Shown here: positions 29,884 through 39,517 of the stretch, in pieces
Layout of the letters: the number at the start of each line of letters is the position of its first letter
Numbering within the stretch: position 1 is the stretch's first letter
DNA from: Desulfobacterales bacterium
GTDB lineage: Bacteria; Desulfobacterota; Desulfobacteria; Desulfobacterales; SpSt-501
Reading direction: 5' to 3'
NCBI GenBank assembly: GCA_030834695.1
Contig: JAUQXK010000031.1
Location: 24,079-88,078, forward strand
DNA length: 64,000 nt
The notes under the pieces: generated by a model
What the model saw: the letters and a program-made list of their open reading frames with translations, nothing else
What the model was told of the DNA's origin: nothing
Database searches by the model: none
Position numbers and translations under genes: made by a program

Positions 29884-29966
29884 GGGAAGCCTCCTCCAGC
29901 GGTTGAAGTTGCCTTTCCGGACGACACCGAAAGGTCGTGAGGATACCCATACCAGAAGGGCTAAAT

Positions 29967-30695
29967 TCAGGCAACCGATGCGGGAGCGTCCAAGGCCTGC
30001 CCCAGGTAGGTGCTGATGACGGCCGGATCGGACATCAGCTGTTGGGCCGGCCCTTCCAACACGATTTTCCCGTTCTCCATGACATAGGCGTGGGAAGAGA
30101 CGAGGAGCGCTTGGCGGGCATTCTGTTCAACGAGCAGGATGGTTTGGCCGCCGGATCGCAGTTCGCCGACAATATCGAAGATCGTCTTGACCAGCAGCGG
30201 CGCCAGCCCCAGCGAGGGCTCATCCAGCAGCAGAAGTTTGGGCCTGGCCATGAGGCCCCGCGCGATGGCGAGCATCTGCTGTTCGCCGCCGGACAGGGTG
30301 CCGGCCAGCGCATTGCGGCGTTCCGCTAAAATCGGAAATCGCGCCTCAACCGCGGCAATGCCCGCCTTGAATTCGCTGGCCGGTCGGCGGTAAGCCCCCA
30401 TCTCCAGGTTTTCGCGCACCGTCATACCGGCCAACACCAACCGTCCTTCGGGGATCTGAACAATGCCCTGGGATACCCGCTGGTGAGGACTCAAATGGGT
30501 TATGTCACGACCCTGGAATAAGATCCGCCCCCTGGCGGCGGGAACCACTCCGCTGAGAGCGTTCAGAGTGGTGCTTTTGCCCGCCCCGTTGGGGCCCACC
30601 AGCGACACGACCGTTCCCTCTGTCACGCGGAGGGAAATCTCCCGGACCGCCTCGATCGGCCCGTAGGACACAGTCAATCCTGCCACTTCAAGCAT
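29967..30695 (-). CDS. livF: branched-chain amino acid ABC transporter ATP-binding protein
   Basis: Walker A GPNGAGKST and signature LSGGEQQML. It overlaps livG by 8 nt. Confidence 0.85.
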   Translation of the reverse strand: MLEVAGLTVSYGPIEAVREISLRVTEGTVVSLVGPNGAGKSTTLNALSGVVPAARGRILFQGRDITHLSPHQRVSQGIVQIPEGRLVLAGMTVRENLEMGAYRRPASEFKAGIAAVEARFPILAERRNALAGTLSGGEQQMLAIARGLMARPKLLLLDEPSLGLAPLLVKTIFDIVGELRSGGQTILLVEQNARQALLVSSHAYVMENGKIVLEGPAQQLMSDPAVISTYLGQALDAPASVA

Positions 30696-31458
30696 CGTGG
30701 CCCCCCGAGCCGAGATAAGCTTCGATCACTTCCCGGTGGCCCCGCACCTCCTCGGGACTACCGGTGGTGATCACACGGCCGAAATTTAAAACGGTGATCC
30801 GCGAACATAGGTTCATTACAAACGACATGTTGTGTTCGATCAGCAGAATCGTCATGCCTTCGCCTGCCAGCGAACGCACAAGGTTCGCCACTTCGGCGGC
30901 CTCCGCCCGGCGCATGCCGGCCACCGGTTCATCCAGCAGAAGCAGCCTGGGTCTGAAGGACAAGGCCCGGGCAATCTCCAAACGACGGCGCTCGCCGTAT
31001 GAGAGGTTTTTGGCCAGGTGGGAGTCTTTTGCATCAAGGCCGACTCTTGCCAGAATCCCACGGGACTTCGCCGCAAGCTCACGGTCCTCTCGGCCGGCCG
31101 ACGGCAGTCGCAGCAGCCTTGGCAGCAACGGTCGCGGAGCCGTCAGGTGATGGCCAGCCTGGACGTTTTCCAAGCAGGTCATGGTCGGGAACAGCCGGAT
31201 ATTCTGAAACGTCCGGGCGACCCCCATGGCGGCCACTCGATGGGCGGGTACCCGATGCAGTGCCTGGTCCCGGTAGAAAACCTCTCCGGATGTAGGCGCA
31301 AGCACACCGCTCAAGATGTTGATCAGGGTGGTCTTGCCGGCCCCGTTCGGTCCGATCAGGCCGTGGACATTGCCGCTCGCCACATCAAAGCTGACCCCCT
31401 GCAGGGCCTGCAGTCCGCCGAAACTCCGCGATATGTTGTTCACGCGCAGATCATTCAT
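30688..31458 (-). CDS. livG: branched-chain amino acid ABC transporter ATP-binding protein
   Basis: ATG 31458 (MNDLRVNNISRSFGGLQAL) forms an ATGA overlap with livM. Walker A is GPNGAGKTT and the signature is LSYGERRRLE. The longer ORF up to 31830 overlaps livM and is rejected. Confidence 0.85.
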   Translation of the reverse strand: MNDLRVNNISRSFGGLQALQGVSFDVASGNVHGLIGPNGAGKTTLINILSGVLAPTSGEVFYRDQALHRVPAHRVAAMGVARTFQNIRLFPTMTCLENVQAGHHLTAPRPLLPRLLRLPSAGREDRELAAKSRGILARVGLDAKDSHLAKNLSYGERRRLEIARALSFRPRLLLLDEPVAGMRRAEAAEVANLVRSLAGEGMTILLIEHNMSFVMNLCSRITVLNFGRVITTGSPEEVRGHREVIEAYLGSGGHDA

Positions 31459-32330
31459 GCGGTCTCCGCCTTGGCCGCCGCCGGGCGGACCCGGGCGAAG
31501 ATGGACGCCAGCCCATTCGGCAAAAACAAGATGACCAGCAGCAGGATCAGGCCGTTGACACCCATGCGGATGGGGCCGGCGGTCACACCGACGCCCCGCA
31601 GGATTTCCGGCAATGCGGTGATCAGCGCCGCTCCCAGGATCGGGCCATACCAAATCCGCGTGCCGCCCACGATGTTGTAAATCAACAGGTCCACCGCAAT
31701 GAAAAAACCGAAATCGCGTGGGGTGATGAGGTAGTTCAGATGGGCGTACATGCCTCCAGCCAGCCCCGCTATCATGGCGCCGATGGTGAAGGCTACGACC
31801 TTGTAATAAGTGACGTGGATGCCCAAACAAGCGGCGGCCGTTTCATCTTCGCGCATACTCACCAACGCCCAGCCCAGCTTGGAACTCCGAAGAACAGCCA
31901 TGAAATAGGCCGTGCCGGCCAACGTCAAATAGATGATCCAGGTCTTGGTGACATTGGGGATGCCGGTGAGCCCTTCGGCGCCGCCGGTGATGTCGAGGTT
32001 GACCGCGGCGATGCGCACCACCTCGCCGAAGGCCAGAGTGGCCATGGCCAAAAACACCCCTCTCAGCCGCAGCACCGGCAACCCCAAGACCAACCCGACG
32101 ATACCTGCCACCAGAGCGCCGCCGCAAAGCGAAACGACGTAAGGCAGCTTAAAATAAATGGTCAGGATGCCGGCCGCGTACCCGCCCAGCCCGGCAAAGG
32201 CTGCGTTGCCCAGGGACAGCATGCCGGCCGCCAGGGTCACGTTCAGGCTGAGGGCCAGCAGGGCGTTGATGCCGATGAAGTTGATCACGCTGCCGTAAAC
32301 AGCGTAAAACTGAGCCAATTGCTCCAGCAT
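31455..32330 (-). CDS. livM: branched-chain amino acid ABC transporter permease
   Basis: 291-aa multi-TM ORF located between livH and livG. Confidence 0.82.
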   Translation of the reverse strand: MLEQLAQFYAVYGSVINFIGINALLALSLNVTLAAGMLSLGNAAFAGLGGYAAGILTIYFKLPYVVSLCGGALVAGIVGLVLGLPVLRLRGVFLAMATLAFGEVVRIAAVNLDITGGAEGLTGIPNVTKTWIIYLTLAGTAYFMAVLRSSKLGWALVSMREDETAAACLGIHVTYYKVVAFTIGAMIAGLAGGMYAHLNYLITPRDFGFFIAVDLLIYNIVGGTRIWYGPILGAALITALPEILRGVGVTAGPIRMGVNGLILLLVILFLPNGLASIFARVRPAAAKAETA

Positions 32331-32333
32331 GCC

Positions 32334-33224
32334 TTAGGCCTCCCGCATCTTGCCCCTGCCCAGCAGGCCGGAGGGTCGGATCAGCAGAATAGCAAAGAGC
32401 ACCGTGAAGGCGACGGCATCCCTCAGGTTGGAGGTCCCGGTGATGGCCACCGTCAGCACTTCGCTCAAGCCGAAGGCCAGCCCGCCCAGGATGGCGCCTG
32501 GGATACTGCCCATGCCACCCAGGATGATGACGGCCAGTCCCTTCAGCTCGATGGAACGGCCCATGTCAGGGGCCAGGGCGTCAAAGTAAAGCCCATAGAG
32601 AATGCCCGCAGCCCCGCCCAATGCGGATGAAATTAAGAAGGTGGATGCGATGATGCCGTTGACATTTACGCCCAGCAGCATGGCCGCGCGCTCGCTTTCG
32701 GCCACGGCACGAATGGCCTTTCCGATGCGGGTGCGTTGAATGAAGAGGGTCAGGACCACCATAAGCAACGCTGCGACGAGCACGATTCCGACCTGCAGCG
32801 AAGTGATCGTCACCCCGGCAATGTGCCAGATGTGGACTGAAACCGTGCCTTGCGGGAAGCGCACCGAGCGCGCACCGAACAGACCCATTGCCACGGCCTC
32901 GAAGATGATGGCCATGGCAATGCTGGATATCAGACCCGAAAACTGGCTGTCGGCCCGTTTGCGCAACGGGGCGAAAGCCACCTGGTTCAGCAGCAGCCCG
33001 AGCAATCCTGCGAAAAGCGTGGCCAGCGGGAACGCCAGCCAGATGGACATTCCGGCGGTCTGGACCAGCCACAAGGCCACCAGCCCGCCGAGGGTGAAAA
33101 CCGCGGCATGAGCCAGGTTCAGGATGTCCAGCACCCCGAACACCAACGTATAGCCCACCGCGAACAGCCCGTAGACGCTGCCGATGAACAATCCATTGAC
33201 CAACTGCTGTGCAAGCAGGTTCAC
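32334..33224 (-). CDS. livH: branched-chain amino acid ABC transporter permease
   Basis: 296-aa ORF with the typical LivH N-terminus MNLLAQQLVNGLFIGSVYGLFAVGYTLVFGV. Confidence 0.85.
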   Translation of the reverse strand: MNLLAQQLVNGLFIGSVYGLFAVGYTLVFGVLDILNLAHAAVFTLGGLVALWLVQTAGMSIWLAFPLATLFAGLLGLLLNQVAFAPLRKRADSQFSGLISSIAMAIIFEAVAMGLFGARSVRFPQGTVSVHIWHIAGVTITSLQVGIVLVAALLMVVLTLFIQRTRIGKAIRAVAESERAAMLLGVNVNGIIASTFLISSALGGAAGILYGLYFDALAPDMGRSIELKGLAVIILGGMGSIPGAILGGLAFGLSEVLTVAITGTSNLRDAVAFTVLFAILLIRPSGLLGRGKMREA

Positions 33225-33251
33225 CCGGTTTCCCTCCGGCGGCAGGTTCTA

Positions 33252-34376
33252 TCAGTTTCCGAACACGACGAACTTGCCGCCCTTGACTTCCTGGACCACC
33301 GGGGTGTGGTCGGCGTCCCGTCCCTCGGTGAAGGAAAACTGGCCGAGGAGCGTGTCCAAGCCTTTTATTTTGACCATGGCATCACGGATGGCCTTGCGGT
33401 TGTCAGCAGCCTTGGCCGCCTGGTAGGCAATGTGCACGCCGGCGAAGGCCTGCGCGGCGAACTGGTCAGGCGGCCGGTTGTATTTCTTGGTGTAATCATC
33501 AACGAACTTCACGTTCAGCGGGCTGGTTGAGGAGATGTTCCAGGCCGCGCCAACGACAACGCCCTCGGAGGCGTCGCCGGCATTCTTGATCAGTGCCGGA
33601 GAGTTGAAGCCGTTGCCACCGATGATGCGCACGGTCTTGGGAATGCCCAGCTGCCGGGCCTGATTGACGATGCCGGAGGCCTCCTCCACCAGCGCCGAGC
33701 AGACGACCGCATCCGGGTTCTGGGATTTGATCTGGGTCAGCTGCGGGGAAAAATCCCGATCGCCTTTGGCGAAGGTCTGTTCGCTCAGGATCTGAATGCC
33801 TTCAGCCTGCAGCACCTTGCGGAACACGTCGGCACCGCTCTTGGTGAAGGCGTCGTCATTTCCGTAGAAAAGCACCACTTTTTTGAGCCCCAATTTCTCC
33901 TTGGCCACTTTGATCGTGTTGGGGATGACCACAGCCTCGGTCAGGGAGTTACGAAAGATGTAATCGCCAATCTCGGTGATCCCACCGGCGGTGTTGCTGA
34001 CGCCAAGTACCGTAACGCCGATCTGCTGGGCGATGGGGTTGGTGATTTTGGCGGTGTTGCTCAAAGTGGGGCCGATTATGACGGCAACCTTATCGCCGTT
34101 GATGAGCTTGTTGTAGACGTTCGTACCCTGCTGGGGCACGCTGGCATCGTCCTCAAAGATGGGGGCGATCTTAACGCCGCCGGCGGCGGCATTGATTTGC
34201 TCGACGGCCAGTTCAGCGCCCTCTTTCTGAGTGGCACCGTAGGCAGCCGCACCACCCGTCATGCTGAAAACAAAACCGATTTTGATGGCCTCGGCGGAAA
34301 AAGCCGGGTTAACGGCGGTTGAGATAAACCCCACTGAAACCACTGCTGCAAAAAGCAAGCGATTGAATCTTTTCAT
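33252..34376 (-). CDS. ABC transporter substrate-binding protein (LivK/LivJ-type, periplasmic binding protein type I)
   Basis: ATG 34376 follows AGGAGG. The signal peptide is MKRFNRLLFAAVVSVGFISTAVNPAFSA. The mature protein starts AEAIKIGFVFSMTGGAAAYG, typical of Leu/Ile/Val-binding proteins. Confidence 0.85.
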   Translation of the reverse strand: MKRFNRLLFAAVVSVGFISTAVNPAFSAEAIKIGFVFSMTGGAAAYGATQKEGAELAVEQINAAAGGVKIAPIFEDDASVPQQGTNVYNKLINGDKVAVIIGPTLSNTAKITNPIAQQIGVTVLGVSNTAGGITEIGDYIFRNSLTEAVVIPNTIKVAKEKLGLKKVVLFYGNDDAFTKSGADVFRKVLQAEGIQILSEQTFAKGDRDFSPQLTQIKSQNPDAVVCSALVEEASGIVNQARQLGIPKTVRIIGGNGFNSPALIKNAGDASEGVVVGAAWNISSTSPLNVKFVDDYTKKYNRPPDQFAAQAFAGVHIAYQAAKAADNRKAIRDAMVKIKGLDTLLGQFSFTEGRDADHTPVVQEVKGGKFVVFGN

Positions 34377-34532
34377 AACGGCCTCCTGATGAGAAATTAG
34401 AATAGGAACCCCCTGTTGTCCTGAATACCGCTGGAATCGCACGATGCATTCTGGCGGGATACGATTAGAAATTTTCTGCAAAATACTCAGCCACTAACGG
34501 ATGTCAAGAAAAAAACTGGAACCTGATAGCGT

Positions 34533-35882
34533 TCAGCCACCCGGGGTGTCATCCAATCCCAAGGAGATTTGTGCGTCGGGCGGGACATCCTCCACCCGCC
34601 GTAGGGTCCGCTCGATGGCGCGGGTGCGCACCTCAGCCTGGTCGATGGTGCTGGCGGCCTCCTGCAGTTTTTTCTTGGTCTTGGAAAGTGTATCCCCGAA
34701 CTTCCCAAATTCGGTTTTGACCACACCTAAAAGTTCCCACACCTCGCTCGAACGCCGCTCGATGGCGAGCGTACGGAAACCCATCTGCAGGCTGTTCAAG
34801 AGCGCCGCCAGCGTGGTCGGCCCCGTCACCACGACCCGGTGCTCGCGCTGCAGGCAGTCGCACAGACCGGGGATGCGCAACACCTCGGCGTAAAGACCTT
34901 CCACCGGCAGGAACAGTATGGCGAAGTCGGTGGTGTGCGGCGGGCTGATGTACTTGTCACGAATGGCCTTGGCTTCGGCCCTGACGCGGACCTCGAGGTT
35001 GCGCAGCGACCGGGCGGACTGCTCTTTGTCGGCCGCTTCCTGGGCGTCGAGCAGGCGCTGGTAGTCTTCCTGCGGAAACTTGGCGTCGATCGGCAGCCAG
35101 ACCGTCTCCTCACGGTCTGCGGCGGGCCCCGGCAGCCGGATGGCGAACTCCACCCGCTCGCTGCCGCCTGCCTTGGTAACCACGTTAACGGCGTACTGCT
35201 CCGGTGTGAGGATTTGGTCCAGAATCTGGCCCAGGCGAATCTCTCCCCAGATGCCGCGGGTCTTGACGTTGGTGAGTACCTTCTTGAGGTCACCCACGCC
35301 GGCCGCCAGCGTGCGCATCTCGCCCAAACCGGCATAGACCTGCTCCAGACGTTCGCTGACTTGCTTGAACGAATCCCCCAGCCGCTTCTCAAGGGTAGAC
35401 TGGAGTTTCTCGTCCACCACGACCCGCATCTGTTCAAGCTTTGCGGTGTTGTCGGCCTGCAGGGCCTGCAAGCGCTCCGCCATCGTCCGTCGCAGGGCCT
35501 CAAGCTTACCTTCATTGAGCGCGGTGAGATCGGCGAGCTGCCGGGAGAAACTGTCGAGCTGGCCTTTCTGTAGTCGAGCGATCTCGGCCATCCGCGCCAG
35601 AAGGGAATCAGTCAGTTGGCCGAGTCCAGACCGAAGCTCCTCGCGCGCCTGGCGGTCGCTGTGGGCCGTCTCCTGCCGGCTCAGCGCCTGCTCCTCGCGC
35701 CAGGCTCGTTCGATCCGGTCGAGGCGCCTTCCCAAATCGTCGGCCGCTTCACGGATGTCCGCCGGGGCCGCCGCTGGTCTGCGCCGCACCAGCACGACGA
35801 GAAACACAAGGCCGATGAGACCTAACGCCACTGTTGCCAGCGGCAACAGTTCGGTCGGCCATCCGGATAGAACCGCGATCAT
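34533..35882 (-). CDS. rmuC: DNA recombination protein RmuC
   Basis: 449-aa ORF with an N-terminal TM helix, a long coiled coil and a conserved C-terminal RmuC region (VEFAIRLP...WLPIDAKFP...DFAILFLP). Confidence 0.82.
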   Translation of the reverse strand: MIAVLSGWPTELLPLATVALGLIGLVFLVVLVRRRPAAAPADIREAADDLGRRLDRIERAWREEQALSRQETAHSDRQAREELRSGLGQLTDSLLARMAEIARLQKGQLDSFSRQLADLTALNEGKLEALRRTMAERLQALQADNTAKLEQMRVVVDEKLQSTLEKRLGDSFKQVSERLEQVYAGLGEMRTLAAGVGDLKKVLTNVKTRGIWGEIRLGQILDQILTPEQYAVNVVTKAGGSERVEFAIRLPGPAADREETVWLPIDAKFPQEDYQRLLDAQEAADKEQSARSLRNLEVRVRAEAKAIRDKYISPPHTTDFAILFLPVEGLYAEVLRIPGLCDCLQREHRVVVTGPTTLAALLNSLQMGFRTLAIERRSSEVWELLGVVKTEFGKFGDTLSKTKKKLQEAASTIDQAEVRTRAIERTLRRVEDVPPDAQISLGLDDTPGG

Positions 35883-35941
35883 GGGTTTCCCCTTTCAAGA
35901 AAATTATTATTCCGGCAATTGGCACATCTCCAGCCGAGGTC

Positions 35942-36168
35942 CGGCGGGGCGGGTTTTCGGCCGCAGCGCACCGCAACCAATTTTTCAGCTGACCCTGCCA
36001 TGCCAGCCAGCCGTCTAGAGGAACTGCGGGCAGGCAGAGACGGCCGGCGGCTGCGTGGGTATCGGTCCTCCGGGGCTGTCCGGACAAGTATGGAGCGGGC
36101 TTGCTGCCGTACGTTGGTTCGTTGAACGGATGGTTGCGGCACGCTGCGGCCGAAAACCCGCCCCGCCG
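35942..36168. repeat. 38-bp inverted repeats (36/38 identical) flanking a 151-bp GC-rich non-coding core
   Basis: IR-L 35942-35979 is CGGCGGGGCGGGTTTTCGGCCGCAGCGCACCGCAACCA. The reverse complement of IR-R 36131-36168 is CGGCGGGGCGGGTTTTCGGCCGCAGCGTGCCGCAACCA. The core contains nested short stems (CCGTCT/AGACGG and CCTGCC/GGCAGG). Confidence 0.85.
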
Positions 36169-36287
36169 ATGAGTGATAGGGCCACTTTGAACCTATTTTA
36201 TTGCCGGAGTAACAGTCGCCCGGCTTGCGCAAGTCCGCGGCCGGCGCCATGACCTGTCCGCCGCCGACAAGCTTGCAACAGGAATAT

Positions 36288-37337
36288 TCAAGTGGCGGTC
36301 GGATCATCGTCAAGCCGGAGTTCGTGGCAGCGGCGATAGAGACCTCGGAACTGATCATAGCTCAGGCCAAGCAGGACCGCCGCTTTGCGCTGATTGTAAC
36401 GGGAGCGTTCCAGGGCATACGTCAGCATGCGCATCTTCAAGTCCAGAACGGCCTTCTTCATCGGCACGGCCAGCGGATCCGATCCCGTCTCCGGAACCTG
36501 GGCCGACACGCGGCTGAGGCCCGGCCGGACCGGTGTTTCAACCTTTTTCAAAACGCCGGCAAAGGGATCCAGAACGATCTCGGTAATGAGCGGGGAATCC
36601 GACCGATAGACCGCCCGCTCGACGACGTTTTTCAACTCACGGACATTCCCCGGCCACCGATAGCCTTCAAGGACGTCCAATGCCCCGGCGCTGAAATCGG
36701 GCATCTCCGCACGCTCTATCTCGCGGGCCATGCTGACAGCGAAATGTCTGGCCAGGAGCAAGATGTCGCCGGTGCGCTCCCGCAACGGCGGCACGGTCAA
36801 AACCTCGAAGGACAACCGATCCAGAAGGTCCGGTCGAAAGCGACCAACGGCTGCCATTTCCGGCAGGTTCGCATGGGTTGCTGCCAAAATGCGTACATCC
36901 ACCGCCACCTTTTCAGCACTGCCCACGCGTTCGAAGATCTGGTACTCGACTGCTCTGAGGATTTTCTCTTGGACTTCGATGGGTACGTTGCCGATCTCGT
37001 CCAGGAAAAGCGTTCCGCCGTCCGCCACTTCGAAACGACCAACCCGCCGCTGCAATGCGCCGGTGAAGGCCCCGCGCTCATAGCCGAAAAGCTCGGATTC
37101 GATCAGCGATGCGGACAGAGACGCACAATTCAGGGTGACCAGAGGTTTCTGCCAGCGCCCCGAAAGGTAGTGCAGCCGCGCCGCAGCCAGTTCTTTTCCG
37201 GTTCCACGCTCACCAACCAGCAATACGGGTCGCTGGATAGGTGCCACTCGCGACAACCCTTCCTGAAAGGCGAGAAAAGCATCCGACTGACCAAGCGCTT
37301 CCACCGAAGCGCTTATATGTTTATTTAGCCTTGGCAT
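36288..37337 (-). CDS. pspF: sigma54-dependent transcriptional activator without a receiver domain (PspF-type)
   Basis: 349-aa ORF starting directly with the AAA+ domain (VLLVGERGTGKELAA, GAFTGA loop, ESELFGYERGAFTGA) and ending in a C-terminal HTH. It is divergent from pspABC. Confidence 0.85.
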   Translation of the reverse strand: MPRLNKHISASVEALGQSDAFLAFQEGLSRVAPIQRPVLLVGERGTGKELAAARLHYLSGRWQKPLVTLNCASLSASLIESELFGYERGAFTGALQRRVGRFEVADGGTLFLDEIGNVPIEVQEKILRAVEYQIFERVGSAEKVAVDVRILAATHANLPEMAAVGRFRPDLLDRLSFEVLTVPPLRERTGDILLLARHFAVSMAREIERAEMPDFSAGALDVLEGYRWPGNVRELKNVVERAVYRSDSPLITEIVLDPFAGVLKKVETPVRPGLSRVSAQVPETGSDPLAVPMKKAVLDLKMRMLTYALERSRYNQRKAAVLLGLSYDQFRGLYRRCHELRLDDDPTAT

Positions 37338-37460
37338 TGATTGGCTTTATTTACCATTATTTAGGTTTTTTTACCTTTTTATGGTTATAATAGTTGATAA
37401 CTAAATTTGATGTCAATGACTATTTTAATTTATTTCAGCCAGATAACACATTTTTGGACT

Positions 37461-37477
37461 TGGCACCGACCATGCAA
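37461..37477 (+). promoter_or_regulatory. sigma54 (-24/-12) promoter of pspABC
   Basis: TGGCACCGACCATGCAA has the GG(37462-63)-N10-GC(37474-75) spacing of the TGGCAC-N5-TTGCA consensus. It lies ~90 nt upstream of the pspA ATG, downstream of a 120-bp AT-rich region and divergent from pspF. Confidence 0.7.
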
Positions 37478-37565
37478 TTCCACCGCAATCATATTCACCA
37501 ATTTGGTATATGGCGTTAACATTTTAACCCGCCGCTCGATGGAGGCGGCAAATTTGGAGGATTTC

Positions 37566-38243
37566 ATGGGCATCTTCACACGCTTTCGTGACATCATCAG
37601 CTCCAATATCAATGCAATGCTGGACCGGGCTGAGGATCCGGAGAAACTGATCCGGCTGATGATCCGGGAAATGGAGGATACCCTGGTAGAGCTGAAGTCA
37701 GCCTGTGCCGGAGTCATGGCCGAAGCCAAGAAAGCGCAGCGCCAACGCGACGAAGCTGCAGAGCGCTGCCGGTTCTGGTCCGGAAAGGCCGACCTCGCGG
37801 TCAGCAAGGGCCGGGACGACCTCGCCCGGGAAGCGTTGGTTGAAAAACGCCGGTACCAGGAGCGCTCGGAAACCCTCGACCGTGAGCTCAGCGATCACCG
37901 GTCCCTGTCCGATCAGTACCAGGAGGACATCCGCCAGCTCGAAGAAAAATTGAAATCCGCACGGGAAAAGCAACGTCTGCTCGTGCAGCGACACATCCAT
38001 GCCGAGCGCAAACGCCGCGCACAGGAGGACATGCGCCGGGTGGATAGCACCGAGGCCGTCTTCAAGTTCGACGAGCTTGAAGGCCGCATCGAACGCATGG
38101 AGGCCGAAGCCGAACTGGTGAACTTCGGCCGCAGGCACAACCTGGAAGATCAGCTCAATCGGCTTTCGGTAGACGAGGACATCGAGCGCGAGCTGGAGAG
38201 ACTGAAAGCCAGGCGCTCCGCCGACACCGGAAAGACCGCTTAA
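37566..38243 (+). CDS. pspA: phage shock protein A (PspA/IM30 family)
   Basis: ATG 37566 follows GGAGG. The product MGIFTRFRDIISSNINAMLDRAEDPEKLIRLMIREMEDTLVELK is a canonical PspA N-terminus. It is 225 aa of coiled coil. Confidence 0.9.
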   Translation: MGIFTRFRDIISSNINAMLDRAEDPEKLIRLMIREMEDTLVELKSACAGVMAEAKKAQRQRDEAAERCRFWSGKADLAVSKGRDDLAREALVEKRRYQERSETLDRELSDHRSLSDQYQEDIRQLEEKLKSAREKQRLLVQRHIHAERKRRAQEDMRRVDSTEAVFKFDELEGRIERMEAEAELVNFGRRHNLEDQLNRLSVDEDIERELERLKARRSADTGKTA

Positions 38244-38329
38244 ATCGGGTTGATGGCTGCGGCCGGATATCGTAAGATCGTTTTGGAGCAGGACGATCGA
38301 TCCGGTTCACGGCCGGACGGAAGGAGTGA

Positions 38330-38563
38330 GTGCACGTGAGCATTTTTGTCGAGGGAGCTCTGGTCTTGGTTTTAGCCGGTATCGCGGCGGTCGTCGTCGC
38401 ACTGGGTATCAAGCTGTTCAAAGGGAGCGGGGATCGTGCCGCAACGGCTGAAGATGCCAGAGTGATCCAGGAAATCTACCAAGGCCTAACGCGGCTGGAG
38501 AAGCGAATTGAAACGCTTGAAACGATTCTGTTTGATCGCAGGCAGGAGGATCGCAGAGAATGA
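38330..38563 (+). CDS. pspB: phage shock protein B-like (single TM helix plus C-terminal helix)
   Basis: ~75-aa product with the TM helix IFVEGALVLVLAGIAAVVVALGI and the PspB-like segment EIYQGLTRLEKRIETLETIL. The start is GTG 38330 or GTG 38336, after AAGGAG. It forms an ATGA overlap with pspC. Confidence 0.68.
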   Translation: MHVSIFVEGALVLVLAGIAAVVVALGIKLFKGSGDRAATAEDARVIQEIYQGLTRLEKRIETLETILFDRRQEDRRE

Positions 38564-38931
38564 AGACGGATCGCAGGGGCATCTATCGATCCCGACAGGG
38601 CGCGATTTTCGGCGTCTGCCGGGGTCTGGCGGAGCACTTCGATTTTTCAGTGTTCTGGGTGAGGTTTCTGGCGGTAGCCCTGCTCATCATTTCCGGCCTG
38701 TGGCCGGCCATGATTCTTTATATCTTGGCGGCACTGATCATGAAGCCGGAGCCGGCGCTGCCGATATCTTCACCGGACGAACAGCAGTTCTATGATGTCT
38801 ACACTTCATCCCGGCACGAAGCCGCCCAACGCTTAAAGCGCCGCTACGACGGCATGGAAAAACGCATCCGGCGGATGGAGGACGTCGTCACCTCGCGTGA
38901 ATACAATTGGGAGCGCCGCCTTCACACATGA
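38560..38931 (+). CDS. pspC: phage shock protein C (PspC domain membrane protein)
   Basis: The PspC domain is LYRSRQGAIFGVCRGLAEHFDFSVFWVRFLAVALLI. The product is 123 aa. Confidence 0.85.
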   Translation: MKTDRRGIYRSRQGAIFGVCRGLAEHFDFSVFWVRFLAVALLIISGLWPAMILYILAALIMKPEPALPISSPDEQQFYDVYTSSRHEAAQRLKRRYDGMEKRIRRMEDVVTSREYNWERRLHT

Positions 38932-38971
38932 CTGCCGTGAAGCGAAGGGCTGCCGCTCGCATCGACGGACA

Positions 38972-39199
38972 TTAAATCCGGTCCAGCACCTCCAGCGGGA
39001 GACAATAAGATTCCGCCGCCGAATAGTTGTGCACGCTGGAAAGGCTGTCGCAAAGCGCATTCTGAACGCGATCCAGCAACGCACACCGGTCCATGCAATC
39101 CGGAAACGCTGCGTAGGTGCCGCAGTTCCGACAAGGGCTTTTGACCAGGTAACCACTATCATAGTCGAATTTGTGGGATAGTGCCTTGCTATGTTTCAT
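38972..39199 (-). CDS. small cysteine-rich hypothetical protein (75 aa; CX2CX9CX3C plus 3 further Cys)
   Basis: ATG 39199 (MKHSKALSHKF) follows GAGGGTGAG. The Cys pattern is CRNCGTYAAFPDCMDRC. It is convergent with pspC and has a 320-bp AT-rich region upstream. Confidence 0.5.
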   Translation of the reverse strand: MKHSKALSHKFDYDSGYLVKSPCRNCGTYAAFPDCMDRCALLDRVQNALCDSLSSVHNYSAAESYCLPLEVLDRI

Positions 39200-39517
39200 G
39201 CTCTCACCCTCTTGTCTTCGTGAGCGATGCAAATCTGGTAAGTTTATCGTCTTTTTGAATGGCAGACTTTAATTCCTGATTCTCTACAGATCTATACAAC
39301 TATCATGCCAAGACACTAAAAAAACATGTTTTTATATAATTTTCAAATAGTTGTTTAGTTTAACAACCTGTCGTGGTTCCAATTTTGGACTTGCTTTCCC
39401 GGATATGGGTGTCAAAAAATTGTCAGAATTCGGCAAGAAGCTACAGAAATGACCTGGTTTTCTTGCTGCTGCGATCAATCGGAAAGGCGGTCGCCCCCGG
39501 CAGATGATTCTGAATGG

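Noticed and set aside
31459-31830. The upstream extension of the livG ORF (380-aa version).
   Set aside because: It overlaps livM in another frame with junk-like composition. The canonical ATPase N-terminus starts at ATG 31458.
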